Shown in pieces: positions 19,473 through 28,191 of a stretch of 64,000 nt of DNA. The stretch's first letter is position 1, and every line of letters starts with the position of its first letter. Both the position numbers and the translations under genes were made by a program. Where the stretch lies: NCBI GenBank assembly GCA_951812955.1, contig OX638340.1:1248001-1312000 (forward strand). Direction: 5' to 3'. This stretch comes from an uncultured Gemmatimonadota bacterium. Lineage in GTDB: Bacteria > JAAXHH01. Under the pieces are notes generated by a model that worked only from the letters and a program-made list of their open reading frames with translations, did not search any database and was not told where the DNA came from.

Positions 19473-20948
19473 ATGTCCATAGTCAAGACCAGCGTAAGCC
19501 ATCCAATCCGCGTCGATGCAGTACGTCCGAGGGACGGTTTCGGCCAGATCGGCGTCACCCTGTGTCCCGGCAAAAAGTATCCCTGGGGAATTGCGGGGAA
19601 CTGGGAACGCGACCTGTGCCTGGACCTCGAAAGGATCAGAAAGTGGGGCGCGACGGCGGTAGTCAGCCTGATCACCGAGGAGGAAATACGGGACCTGCAA
19701 GTTCAGGACATCTCAAGGGCGGTTGCGGACCGCCATATGGAGTGGTGGCACCTGCCCATCCCGGACGGGCAGCCACCCGGACCAGACTTCGAAAAAGCCT
19801 GGGTTCATGCGGGAGCGGCCATCCGGGACCGCCTGCGACTCGGATTCGACGTGCTCGTCCATTGTAAGGGCGGCCTGGGCCGCGCGGGTACGGTCGCCGC
19901 GCGGTTGCTCGTTGAGTTCGGCGAAAATCCGGACGAAGCGATACGGCGCGTTCGAGCGGCACGCTCGCAAAACGCCCTCGAAACGCGCGACCAGGAACGC
20001 CACGTAAAGCAATGCGCGCGGGCAGCGCCCACTCGACCCGTCACGACAGAAGAAAGCATCCGGGACCGCGCGATCGGCGCCTTCCTGGGTCTCGCGGTAG
20101 GGGACGCGGTCGGCACGACGCTCGAGTTCCGGGGCCGCGACGCGCAGGAGCGGGTGGACGATATGGTAGGCGGTGGTCCGTTCAATCTGTCAGCCGGCGA
20201 ATGGACCGACGACACCACCATGGCGCTGGCCCTGGCCGACAGTCTCGCCGAATGCGGGACGCTCGATTGCCGGGACCTGATGGACCGGTTCGTCCGATGG
20301 TGGAAGAAAGGCGAATACTCATGCACCGGGAGTTGCTTCGACATCGGGAATACCACGAGCGCGGCGCTTTCACGCTATGTGCGGACAGACGATCCGATCG
20401 CTGGTTCCACCGAATCCCGCGCCGCGGGAAACGGTTCGCTGATGCGGCTCGCCCCGGTCGCACTGCGCTACTGGGACGACCGCGCCTTGCTCGACGCCAC
20501 GGCGGCAGAACAGTCCCGGACCACCCACGGGTCCGAGGAGGCGGTGGACGCCTGCCGGGCCTTCGCGGAACTGCTTGCGGACGCCATCGCGGGCAAAGCA
20601 CGGGTGGAAGTCCTCGCCCCGAGGTCCTTCGATGGAGCACCGGCCGTCGCCCGGATTCTTGGTGGTAGCTGGCGCGGCCTTGCCCGGAGAAAGATCAGTT
20701 CGAGCGGATATGTGATAGACACCATGGAAGCCGCGTTATGGTCCGTCGCCCGCACCTCCGATTTCCGGGGCGCCGTGCTGCTCGCGGCCAACCTGGCTGA
20801 TGACGCCGACACGGTCGCCGCGGTGACGGGGCAGCTCGCCGGAGCGCTCTACGGCCTGAGCGGCATTCCCGGCGACTGGCTTGATCAGGTCGCGTGGAAG
20901 GATCGACTCCTGGACGTGGCGGGCCGATTGACGAGCAGAACCATCTGA
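19473..20948 (+). CDS. two-domain protein: N-terminal Cys-based protein-tyrosine/dual-specificity phosphatase-like domain (HCKGGLGRAG, CX5R) fused to C-terminal ADP-ribosylglycohydrolase (ARH/DraG family)
   Basis: VLVHCKGGLGRAGT P-loop in domain 1. AIGAFLGLAVGDAVGTTLEF, GEWTDDTTMALALADSL, SGYVIDTMEAALW and DADTVAAVTGQLAGALYG ARH signatures in domain 2. Confidence 0.75.
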   Translation: MSIVKTSVSHPIRVDAVRPRDGFGQIGVTLCPGKKYPWGIAGNWERDLCLDLERIRKWGATAVVSLITEEEIRDLQVQDISRAVADRHMEWWHLPIPDGQPPGPDFEKAWVHAGAAIRDRLRLGFDVLVHCKGGLGRAGTVAARLLVEFGENPDEAIRRVRAARSQNALETRDQERHVKQCARAAPTRPVTTEESIRDRAIGAFLGLAVGDAVGTTLEFRGRDAQERVDDMVGGGPFNLSAGEWTDDTTMALALADSLAECGTLDCRDLMDRFVRWWKKGEYSCTGSCFDIGNTTSAALSRYVRTDDPIAGSTESRAAGNGSLMRLAPVALRYWDDRALLDATAAEQSRTTHGSEEAVDACRAFAELLADAIAGKARVEVLAPRSFDGAPAVARILGGSWRGLARRKISSSGYVIDTMEAALWSVARTSDFRGAVLLAANLADDADTVAAVTGQLAGALYGLSGIPGDWLDQVAWKDRLLDVAGRLTSRTI

Positions 20949-21037
20949 CCTCTGCCCCTGGACCACATTCACAGGCTCTTGTATCTGCTATACTCTGACC
21001 GATTGACGAGCAGGACGAATTGACCTCTGTACAACCC
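20919..21037. repeat. spaced direct repeat (~33 bp x2, ~80 bp apart): copy 1 is the 3' end plus stop of the phosphatase-ARH gene, copy 2 lies downstream
   Basis: ccgattgacgagcagaaccatctgacctctg versus ccgattgacgagcaggacgaattgacctctg. Confidence 0.6.
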
Positions 21038-21175
21038 GGGGCGCATACCGGGTTCGGCATCGATTGGCGCAAATTTCTGCTTGAATAGCGCAGGGCGCCG
21101 TGTTATAGTCCTGCATCTCGTTACAACCTTTCCGAACGCATACGATTTCAGTTCGATCGTTGAATCAGGACGCCC

Positions 21176-22441
21176 ATGGCGGAATCCCTGGCAATCGACG
21201 GCGGAACACCGGTCCGCACGCAACAGTGGCCTCCGCTCATACCCGGTGGATCGGTTTACGGGGAAGAGGAAAAACAGGCCGCCATCGAAGTCATCGAGGC
21301 CCGTTCTCCTTTCCGTTACTACGGCATAGAGTCCCTGGGCAAGGTCGACCGGTTCGAAGCGGCCTACGCCCGGTACGTCGGCACCCGCTTCGCCCTGGCA
21401 ACCCACAGCGGAAGCACAGCGCTCTCCGTGGCCCTCGCCGCCCTCGACGTGGGTCCGGGCACGGAAGTCATCATGCCGGCCTTCATGTGGATCGCCGACG
21501 TCAACGCGGTCGTGCATCTGCGTGCCGTGCCGGTCCTCGCCGACATCGACGAAACGCTGAACCTCGACCCCGGTGACATTGAACGCCGCATCACGCCCCG
21601 CACCCGGGTCATCATCGCCGTCCACATGGCCGGAACGGCCGCCGACATGCCCGCCATCCTGGAGGTGGCGGACCGGCACGGGATCCCCGTGCTCGAGGAT
21701 TGCTCCCAGGCGGCGGGCGCGCGCATCGGAGGGCGGCCCGTGGGATCCATGGGCAAGGCCGGTGCCGTCAGCCTGCAGTACAACAAAAATTTCACCACCG
21801 GCGAAGGCGGGATGATTACGACGGACGACGATGAAGTCTACCGCCGGGCGGTCTGCTTCCACGACACGGGTTTCGAACGGGATCTCGAAGGGGTTTCGAC
21901 CGGAGAGGACTCGGCGTTCGAGACCTTTGGCATGGGCGTCCGCATGGACGAACTCCGCGGCGCGGTAGGCCTGGTCCAACTGGAGAAGTTGCCCGGCATC
22001 CTGGAAGGCATGCGACGCCATCAGGACAGGTTGCGCGAGACGCTCGGCAGGACGCCCGGTATCCAGCTTCGCCGCATCGCCGATCCCGAAGGCGACAGCG
22101 GGGCCTATTTCTCCTGGATTCATGATTCGGCGGAAGCGGCCGCCCGTTTCACCGCGGCCGTCAGGGCGGAAGGCATCCCTGCTGGAGAGCCCCACGGCGG
22201 CATTCACCAGTACAGGTACATGTCCAACCTGCTGAACAAGGCGCCGGTGACGACGGCCGGATGCCCCTGGACCTGTCCATTCAACTCCGAAAGCCCTATG
22301 GAATACCGCGCCGGCATGCTGCCGCGCAGCGACGATCTGCTGGACCGGGCGCGCATCCTGCCGTTGCCCGCACAGTTGACCGAAGAAGACGTGGACGACG
22401 TGATCCGGGCGTTCCGCAAGGTAGCGCGGGCCGTCCTGTAG
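21176..22441 (+). CDS. DegT/DnrJ/EryC1/StrS-family PLP-dependent aminotransferase
   Basis: AIEVIEARSPFRYYG..., ATHSGSTALSVAL, QYNKNFTTGEGGMITT (PLP lysine block). The minus ORF 20969..22207 is its shadow. Confidence 0.85.
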   Translation: MAESLAIDGGTPVRTQQWPPLIPGGSVYGEEEKQAAIEVIEARSPFRYYGIESLGKVDRFEAAYARYVGTRFALATHSGSTALSVALAALDVGPGTEVIMPAFMWIADVNAVVHLRAVPVLADIDETLNLDPGDIERRITPRTRVIIAVHMAGTAADMPAILEVADRHGIPVLEDCSQAAGARIGGRPVGSMGKAGAVSLQYNKNFTTGEGGMITTDDDEVYRRAVCFHDTGFERDLEGVSTGEDSAFETFGMGVRMDELRGAVGLVQLEKLPGILEGMRRHQDRLRETLGRTPGIQLRRIADPEGDSGAYFSWIHDSAEAAARFTAAVRAEGIPAGEPHGGIHQYRYMSNLLNKAPVTTAGCPWTCPFNSESPMEYRAGMLPRSDDLLDRARILPLPAQLTEEDVDDVIRAFRKVARAVL

Positions 22442-22506
22442 CGTGATCGAATCCGTAGTGCAACTTTATCAGGGCGTTCCGCAAGGTAGCGCGGGCCGTC
22501 CTGAAA
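22405..22506. repeat. spaced direct repeat (~32 bp x2): 3' end of the DegT gene duplicated ~66 bp downstream
   Basis: gggcgttccgcaaggtagcgcgggccgtcctg occurs at the gene terminus (followed by TAG) and again in the intergenic region. Confidence 0.6.
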
Positions 22507-22544
22507 GCTTGCCCTTTAACTGAACCAGCCACGGGAGAACCCGC

Positions 22545-23732
22545 ATGAGCGATGTTACGAGCCCGGTCCGGACAGACAACCTCCCCCCACCGGACGACGC
22601 ATTCTGGAAAGGAATCCGCCGCGACCAGTTCTACCTGGAACCCGATATCGCCTTTCTCCAGGGCGGCTCCGTCGGACCGTCACCCAAGCCGGTCGTGGAT
22701 CGCGTGACCGAGGCCATCCGGGCCTTCGACAGCGACCCTTTGAAGCACCAGCAGCAATACTGGCCTATTGTCGAGGAAGCGAGAGAAAAGCTGGCGAAAT
22801 ACGTTGGCACGCGGCCGGAGCGCATCGCGCTGGTCCAGAACACCACCATGGCGCTCAGCGTCTTCGCCCAGGGCGTGACCTGGAAGGTAGGCGGAGAAAT
22901 CCTGATGACGGACCAGGAATACGGCGCGGTAAACGCCTGCTTCGACTACGTGGCCGAACGGCACGGCATGACCGTCCGCAGGGTGCATCTGCCCATGGAG
23001 ATCACCGACAAGCAGCAGATTATCGATGTATTCAAAAGTGGAATAAACGAGCGTACGGCGGCCCTGGTCTTCGGGCACGTGTATTGGTCGACGGGCATGG
23101 TGACGCCAGTGAAGGAACTGACGGAAATCGGCCGTGAGCATGGCATCTGGGTCGTGGTGGACGGCGCTCACGCCGTGAGCATGGTCCCCCTGCATCTGGA
23201 CGAATGGAATCCCCATTTCTACGCGTCCAGCCTCCACAAGTGGACCCTGTCCCCCAAAGGCACGGGCATGCTCTTCGTATCGGACGACGCCCATGACCGG
23301 GTCGAGCCGCTCATCCTGGGTTCCAGCGCCCATCCCAATCCGAACGCGAGCCGGTTCGACATGATGGGCACCCGGGACCAGACGCCATTCATTGGGCTGG
23401 GAACGGCGCTCGATTTCCAGCAGGAGATCGGATGGGATCACATACGGACGTATTGTCGGGGCCTGGTGAATTACATGCGCGAACGCCTAGGCCGCATCCG
23501 GGGTGTACGCTTCCTGACGCCGCGCGACCCCGAGATGTCCGGGTTCATCACGACCTTCACTATCGAAGGCGCCGATCTCCAGAAAATCCGGCAGGAACTG
23601 TGGGACGACGAAAAGATCGAGACCGTGGCCTTCCACATCAACGACGTGCCCGTCTTCCGCATTTCCACTCATTTTTATAACAGCCGGGAGGAAATCGACC
23701 GCATGGTGCGGGCCATCGAGCGGCGGCTGTAG
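22545..23732 (+). CDS. class V aminotransferase-fold PLP enzyme (cysteine desulfurase / isopenicillin-N epimerase-like)
   Basis: VVVDGAHAV...ASSLHKWTLSPKGTGMLFV (PLP lysine). ~395 aa. Confidence 0.8.
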   Translation: MSDVTSPVRTDNLPPPDDAFWKGIRRDQFYLEPDIAFLQGGSVGPSPKPVVDRVTEAIRAFDSDPLKHQQQYWPIVEEAREKLAKYVGTRPERIALVQNTTMALSVFAQGVTWKVGGEILMTDQEYGAVNACFDYVAERHGMTVRRVHLPMEITDKQQIIDVFKSGINERTAALVFGHVYWSTGMVTPVKELTEIGREHGIWVVVDGAHAVSMVPLHLDEWNPHFYASSLHKWTLSPKGTGMLFVSDDAHDRVEPLILGSSAHPNPNASRFDMMGTRDQTPFIGLGTALDFQQEIGWDHIRTYCRGLVNYMRERLGRIRGVRFLTPRDPEMSGFITTFTIEGADLQKIRQELWDDEKIETVAFHINDVPVFRISTHFYNSREEIDRMVRAIERRL

Positions 23733-23747
23733 GGAAAGGAAATTGAA

Positions 23748-24803
23748 ATGAACGATGAACATGGGTTCATAACGCGCACCATCCACGAGGGCGAGGCGGG
23801 GAATTCGTCGGCGACGCCGATCTACCAGTCGACCACGGTGGACGGTGCATATCTTCGGGGAAGCAATCCGACTTTCACGGCATTCGAGGAGAAGATGTGC
23901 GCACTCGAGGGCGGCGGACGCAGTATCGCGACCGCCTGCGGCATGGCGTCGGTCACCCAGGCCGTGATGACGCTCATTCGCGCGGGCTCCAGAATCGTGT
24001 GTCACCAAACCGGCTACGTCTGGACCCGGCATTTCATGTCCGAAGAGCTGCCCCGGCTCGGTTTCGATACCGAACTGATCGACATGCGGGATCCGAAACA
24101 GCTCGACGCGGCCCTTGAGAAGCCCACGGACGTGGTTTACTTCGAACCCTTGTCCAATCCCACGCTGGACATCATCGATGCGCCCGGTGTCATTCAAAAG
24201 GCCCACCAGGCCGGCGCGAAGGTCGTAATCGATAATACGTTTCTCTCCCCCTATCTCTTCCGTCCCATGGACCACGGGGCAGACGTCGTGCTGCACAGTG
24301 CAACCAAGTATCTCTGCGGTCACGGAGACGCCCTGGCCGGCATCATCACGACCCGCGATCCCGATCTGGGTGAACAGGTCCTTCGATCCCGGAACACCTA
24401 TGGCGGCATCTTGAGCCCTATGAACGCCTTTCTCCTGCTCCGGGGGATAAAGACCCTCTCCATCCGCATGGACCGGCACAACCTGAACGCCCGCGCCGTG
24501 GCGGACTTCCTGGAATCCCATCCCCGGGTAAAAAGGACCTACTATCCCGGTCTTCCCTCCACGCCCGGACACGAAATCGCACGGTCCCAGTGGAACGGAT
24601 ATGGCGGGATGGTGAGTTTCGAAATCGCCGAGGAGACCGTCGTCGGATTCCTCGACCGCGTGCGCCTGTGCAAGCCCTGGGTGAGCCTGGGCGACGTCGG
24701 CTCCCTCGTCACCGGCGACCCGGAGGGGCAACGCGTAAGGATGTCCGTGGGTCTCGAAGACACCGATGACATTATCAAGGATCTCGAGCAGGCGCTGGGT
24801 TGA
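23748..24803 (+). CDS. Cys/Met-metabolism PLP enzyme (cystathionine gamma-synthase/lyase, methionine gamma-lyase family)
   Basis: TPIYQSTT, DNTFLSPYLFRPMDHGADVVLHSATKYLCGHGD (PLP lysine). AAAGGAAA RBS. Confidence 0.85.
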   Translation: MNDEHGFITRTIHEGEAGNSSATPIYQSTTVDGAYLRGSNPTFTAFEEKMCALEGGGRSIATACGMASVTQAVMTLIRAGSRIVCHQTGYVWTRHFMSEELPRLGFDTELIDMRDPKQLDAALEKPTDVVYFEPLSNPTLDIIDAPGVIQKAHQAGAKVVIDNTFLSPYLFRPMDHGADVVLHSATKYLCGHGDALAGIITTRDPDLGEQVLRSRNTYGGILSPMNAFLLLRGIKTLSIRMDRHNLNARAVADFLESHPRVKRTYYPGLPSTPGHEIARSQWNGYGGMVSFEIAEETVVGFLDRVRLCKPWVSLGDVGSLVTGDPEGQRVRMSVGLEDTDDIIKDLEQALG

Positions 24804-24876
24804 GGGATTGACGGAAATTCGCACACGCAACCGCTCGCGTACCTGATGCATGAAGTCTGGGTCACAAAGCACGTCG

Positions 24877-25077
24877 TCTCGAGCCGTGTCGTTATGAGCC
24901 GCGTCGATCAATGGACACGTAAGCGCAAGCTGCGGAGTCATGAGCCGCGTTGATCAATGGACACGTATGCGCAAGCTGCGGAGTCATGAGCCGCGTTGAT
25001 CAATGGACACGTATGCGCAAGCTACGGAGTCATGAGCCGCGTTGATCTCAGACTGCGCGTCATGAGCAGCGTCGAGT
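24877..25077. repeat. 46-bp tandem direct repeat, ~4 copies (tcatgagccgcgttgatcaatggacacgtatgcgcaagctgcggag), degenerate at both ends
   Basis: Read directly. Period of 46 bp measured between successive tcatgagccgcg occurrences. Confidence 0.85.
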
Positions 25078-25489
25078 AGCAATAGTTCCCACCCGGCATG
25101 ACGCAAGGTTCCCGCTTTCTACCACAGGCTCTCGCAACCACTTCACACAACCTGCCACCTGCTTCCTGCACCCATCACTACGATTTGATTCAGCGTAAAT
25201 GGCGCGCAACGAGAACGGACAGAAAGTGAGTCGTGTCCAGCGGGTCGGAGCGGTAACAGCTTGTCTGGTGCGTGAGCCGAATGGAATAACTGGTAGGGAA
25301 CCGACAGGATACGGCACGCGTTCAATGGAGCAATGGACAGGGAAGCCGACAGTACGCGGCACACGATCACCATCATCAGCAGGCTGGGAGCGAACTGCAG
25401 TTTAAGTCAATCGTAGCTGTAACAAGAGCCACACCAGTAAACAAGCCACGACAGAAAGAAGAGACCACAACATCAACAAGGAGCCGCGA

Positions 25490-26254
25490 ATGTCACGAAG
25501 GCGCGTATTCATTGGAGACCTGACACGTAAGGAGTTCCGCGAAGGGATCGAGGACGGTACAATCAAGGCCGCCATCGTGCCCACGGCGGCTACGGAACAG
25601 CACCTCGAACACCTTGAAATGATCCACGACACGGCCAGTGTCGCTTACATGGCTGAACACGCGGCCCTTGAGTTGTATCCCCAGGTCGTCGTCGCTTCTC
25701 CCATCGCCATTGGCGTATCGGAACACTGGATGGAACACAGAGGAACGCTGACGGTCCGTCCCGAGATCTTCACCGAATACGTCTACGATGTGTGCGATGC
25801 CCTGAAGCGGGGCGGGATAACCAACATCCTTATTCTGAATGGACACGGCGGCAACGTAGTCCCGATGATGAACCGGATAGAGGACTTTCGGCGACGACTC
25901 GGCGTCAACGTGCGCTTCAATTCCTACTGGGACACCTACCCCACGGATTTCGTGTATCGGTACATGGAACGCGAAGCACTCCCCGGACACGCCGACGAAT
26001 ACGAGACCTCCATGGCCATGGCCCTCTTCCCGCACCGGGTCCACCCGGACGACATGGAAATGGAAAGCACCGCCCGTTTTGGAACGAAGGAGAAGGGCGA
26101 AGCTCTCGCGCCCGTGGCGGTGAACGGCGTGGCGGACTTGCTGATCCGAATGATCGCCGGGGAGGAGATCGACCTGGAACCCCGCACGTTCCGTGCAGCC
26201 GGCGCCCAGTCGATGATCCGGGATCGGCTCATCGAGGCGAGATCTGAGCAATGA
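25490..26254 (+). CDS. creatininase-family amidohydrolase (creatinine amidohydrolase / ArfB / MftE family)
   Basis: TEQHLEHL (ligand block), ILNGHGGN, ADEYETSMAM. AAGGAG RBS. Confidence 0.8.
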   Translation: MSRRRVFIGDLTRKEFREGIEDGTIKAAIVPTAATEQHLEHLEMIHDTASVAYMAEHAALELYPQVVVASPIAIGVSEHWMEHRGTLTVRPEIFTEYVYDVCDALKRGGITNILILNGHGGNVVPMMNRIEDFRRRLGVNVRFNSYWDTYPTDFVYRYMEREALPGHADEYETSMAMALFPHRVHPDDMEMESTARFGTKEKGEALAPVAVNGVADLLIRMIAGEEIDLEPRTFRAAGAQSMIRDRLIEARSEQ

Positions 26255-26295
26255 CGGTTGATAGGAGAGGGCCGCGACAACGGCGTCTCTGCTTG

Positions 26296-26392
26296 CGAAA
26301 AGCGCATCAAGGTGTGCAACGTATGAGAAGCGCATCAAGGTGTGCAACGTATGAGAAGCGCATCAAGGTGTGCAGCTTATGAGAAGCGTGTA
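26296..26392. repeat. 30-bp tandem direct repeat x3 (agcgcatcaaggtgtgcaacgtatgagaag)
   Basis: Read directly. The third copy has 2 substitutions. Confidence 0.85.
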
Positions 26393-26424
26393 CCAGTAGG
26401 TGTTACAAGAACTGGAGGTAGGGA

Positions 26425-27105
26425 TTGACAGACCGCAATGCCCATCCGTACTATACGAATCCGCGCCGGGGAGGTTCCTTTCCGGTACCTGTTTCAGCAG
26501 TGTTTGTCGTTCTGGTTGTGTTCTTCGTCGGGATTTCGGTCGCGTTACTCGCGTGTTCGGAATCGTCGCCAACGGAACCGGAAATGGGAGAGCACGGAAC
26601 GAACGGCGGGGAATCAGGTGAGGGCGGTGAAGGAGGTTCAGGTGAACATGGTGAAGGTGGCGAGGGTGGCGAGGGTTCTGGTGGCGAGGGTGGCGAAGAA
26701 TCCGGCAACGCGCTGACAAAGGATCAGACCTTTGATTCGGTGCGGAAGGGTGCTCGCCTCGTCCTGCGTTACGATTCCACCGCCGACGCCTTCGTCGGGA
26801 CTGTGTCGAATACCACCGATTCCACCCTGGTCCAGGTCCGTGTCGAAGTGCACCTGTCCAACGGCACGGAACTGGGCCCCACTACGCCGGTCGACCTCGC
26901 CCCGGGTGGGTCGGTGCCCGTCACACTGTCCGCCATGGGAGAATCGTTCGACGGCTGGACCCCTCACGCCGAAGTGGGTCCCTCCAGCGGAAGCGGCGGC
27001 GAGCATGGAAGTGGCGGAGAGTCAGGTGAGGGCGCCAGCGAGTCAGGTGAAGGCAGCGGGGGCGAACATGGTGGAAGTGGTGAAGGCGGAGGTGATGGGG
27101 GTTGA
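26425..27105 (+). CDS. hypothetical lipoprotein: signal peptide with LLAC lipobox, Gly/Glu/His-rich repeats (GEHG/GEGG) flanking a conserved ~90-aa core
   Basis: TTG start with GGAGG 8 nt upstream. RR n-region, hydrophobic h-region, VALLACSESS. Core LVLRYDSTADAFVGTVSNTTDSTLVQVRVEVHLSNGTELGPTTPVDLAPGGSVPVTLSAMGESFDGWTPHAEVG. Minus-strand Pro/Ser-rich ORFs here are shadows of the GGx repeats. Confidence 0.55.
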   Translation: MTDRNAHPYYTNPRRGGSFPVPVSAVFVVLVVFFVGISVALLACSESSPTEPEMGEHGTNGGESGEGGEGGSGEHGEGGEGGEGSGGEGGEESGNALTKDQTFDSVRKGARLVLRYDSTADAFVGTVSNTTDSTLVQVRVEVHLSNGTELGPTTPVDLAPGGSVPVTLSAMGESFDGWTPHAEVGPSSGSGGEHGSGGESGEGASESGEGSGGEHGGSGEGGGDGG

Positions 27106-27209
27106 ATGTACAGCGCCATACCCAGCATCACCGCGACATTGATGCGGCATTGGACGAGGGAACAGTAAAGGAGGACGAATTGTCAACATCCAATATACGT
27201 TCAAACGGT

Positions 27210-27983
27210 ATGAATCCCCAGCCGGCGAATCACGCCCCGGAATCGGCTTTAACCGCGTTTGCTTTTTTGAGTGTACTCTTCGCCCTGGTTTCGGTCACGG
27301 CCTTGGCGTGTTCAAATGACGCGGGTGAAAACCAGTCCACGTCCGATACGGCACGGATGGTAGCTGTCGATGCGCAGCAGAACGGCGAAGCATCGGAGTC
27401 GCGTGGCGGAGAAAGGGCTTCCAGCGGGGAATCAGGTGAGCACGGCGGGGATGGCGAAGCGATGGAATCCGGCGGGGAATCAGGTGAGTACGGTGGGGAT
27501 GGCGGAGAAAACGAAGGCGAGGGGGGCGGTAGTGACGAAGGCGAAGAATCCGGCGCGTTGCTGGCCCTGGATGAGACCTATGATACGGTACGCAGAGGCG
27601 CCCGGCTTATCCTGAACTACGACGCCGGTACCAATTCCTTCGTCGGAACGGTGTCGAACACCACCGGTGAAACCCTTCGCCGCGTCCGGGTCGAAGTGCA
27701 CCTGTCCAACGGCACGGAACTGGGCCCCACGACTCCTGTCGATCTCACTTCGGGTGAGATGACCGAAGTTACCCTTTCTGCAACGGCAGAACCTTTTACC
27801 GGCTGGACGCCCCATGCCGAGGTAGACACGGGGGACGGTAGCGGAGGCGAGCATGGTGAAGGCGGTGAAGGCGGTGAAGGCGGTGAAGGCGGCGGTGAGC
27901 ATGGTGGACGCGGTGAAAGCAGCGAAGGTGGTGGAGAGGACGGCGAGCACGGTGAAGGTGGCGAGGGTGACGGGAGCGCGTAA
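27210..27983 (+). CDS. paralog of the preceding lipoprotein (same conserved core ~70% identical, longer GEHG/GEGG tails)
   Basis: MNPQPANHAPESALTAFAFLSVLFALVSVTALACS signal. Core ARLILNYDAGTNSFVGTVSNTTGETLRRVRVEVHLSNGTELGPTTPVDLTSGEMTEVTLSATAEPFTGWTPHAEVD. Start chosen at the ATG preceding the signal; the ORF-track start at 27102 is TTG with an acidic, non-signal-like extension. Confidence 0.55.
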   Translation: MNPQPANHAPESALTAFAFLSVLFALVSVTALACSNDAGENQSTSDTARMVAVDAQQNGEASESRGGERASSGESGEHGGDGEAMESGGESGEYGGDGGENEGEGGGSDEGEESGALLALDETYDTVRRGARLILNYDAGTNSFVGTVSNTTGETLRRVRVEVHLSNGTELGPTTPVDLTSGEMTEVTLSATAEPFTGWTPHAEVDTGDGSGGEHGEGGEGGEGGEGGGEHGGRGESSEGGGEDGEHGEGGEGDGSA

Positions 27984-28191
27984 GGCGGTGAAAGAGGCGA
28001 AGGCGGCGGGGGGCGACGAACACGGAACAGGCGGTGAAGACCGCGGCGAACATGACGGAGGCTGAGACTGGTTCGTATGCCATGTACCAGAATCCGTGAA
28101 AAACACCGCTTGATCGTACTCCTCAATGGACCTATTGTAACAACCAGCACATCAACATTACCGCCTGATAAAGAGTGATCGGAAAAGCAAA

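Noticed and set aside
20969-22207. 412-aa minus-strand ORF
   Set aside because: It fully overlaps the DegT-family gene on the plus strand, which has textbook motifs. The Arg/Gly/Ala-rich product is typical of high-GC antisense frames.
24877-25077. Possible CRISPR array (and the other tandem arrays at 2207, 26296, 36545, 39916, 56760, 62803)
   Set aside because: The units are directly contiguous with no unique spacers, the unit lengths are 18-46 bp, there are no cas genes and no palindromic repeat with variable spacers. These are plain tandem repeats.
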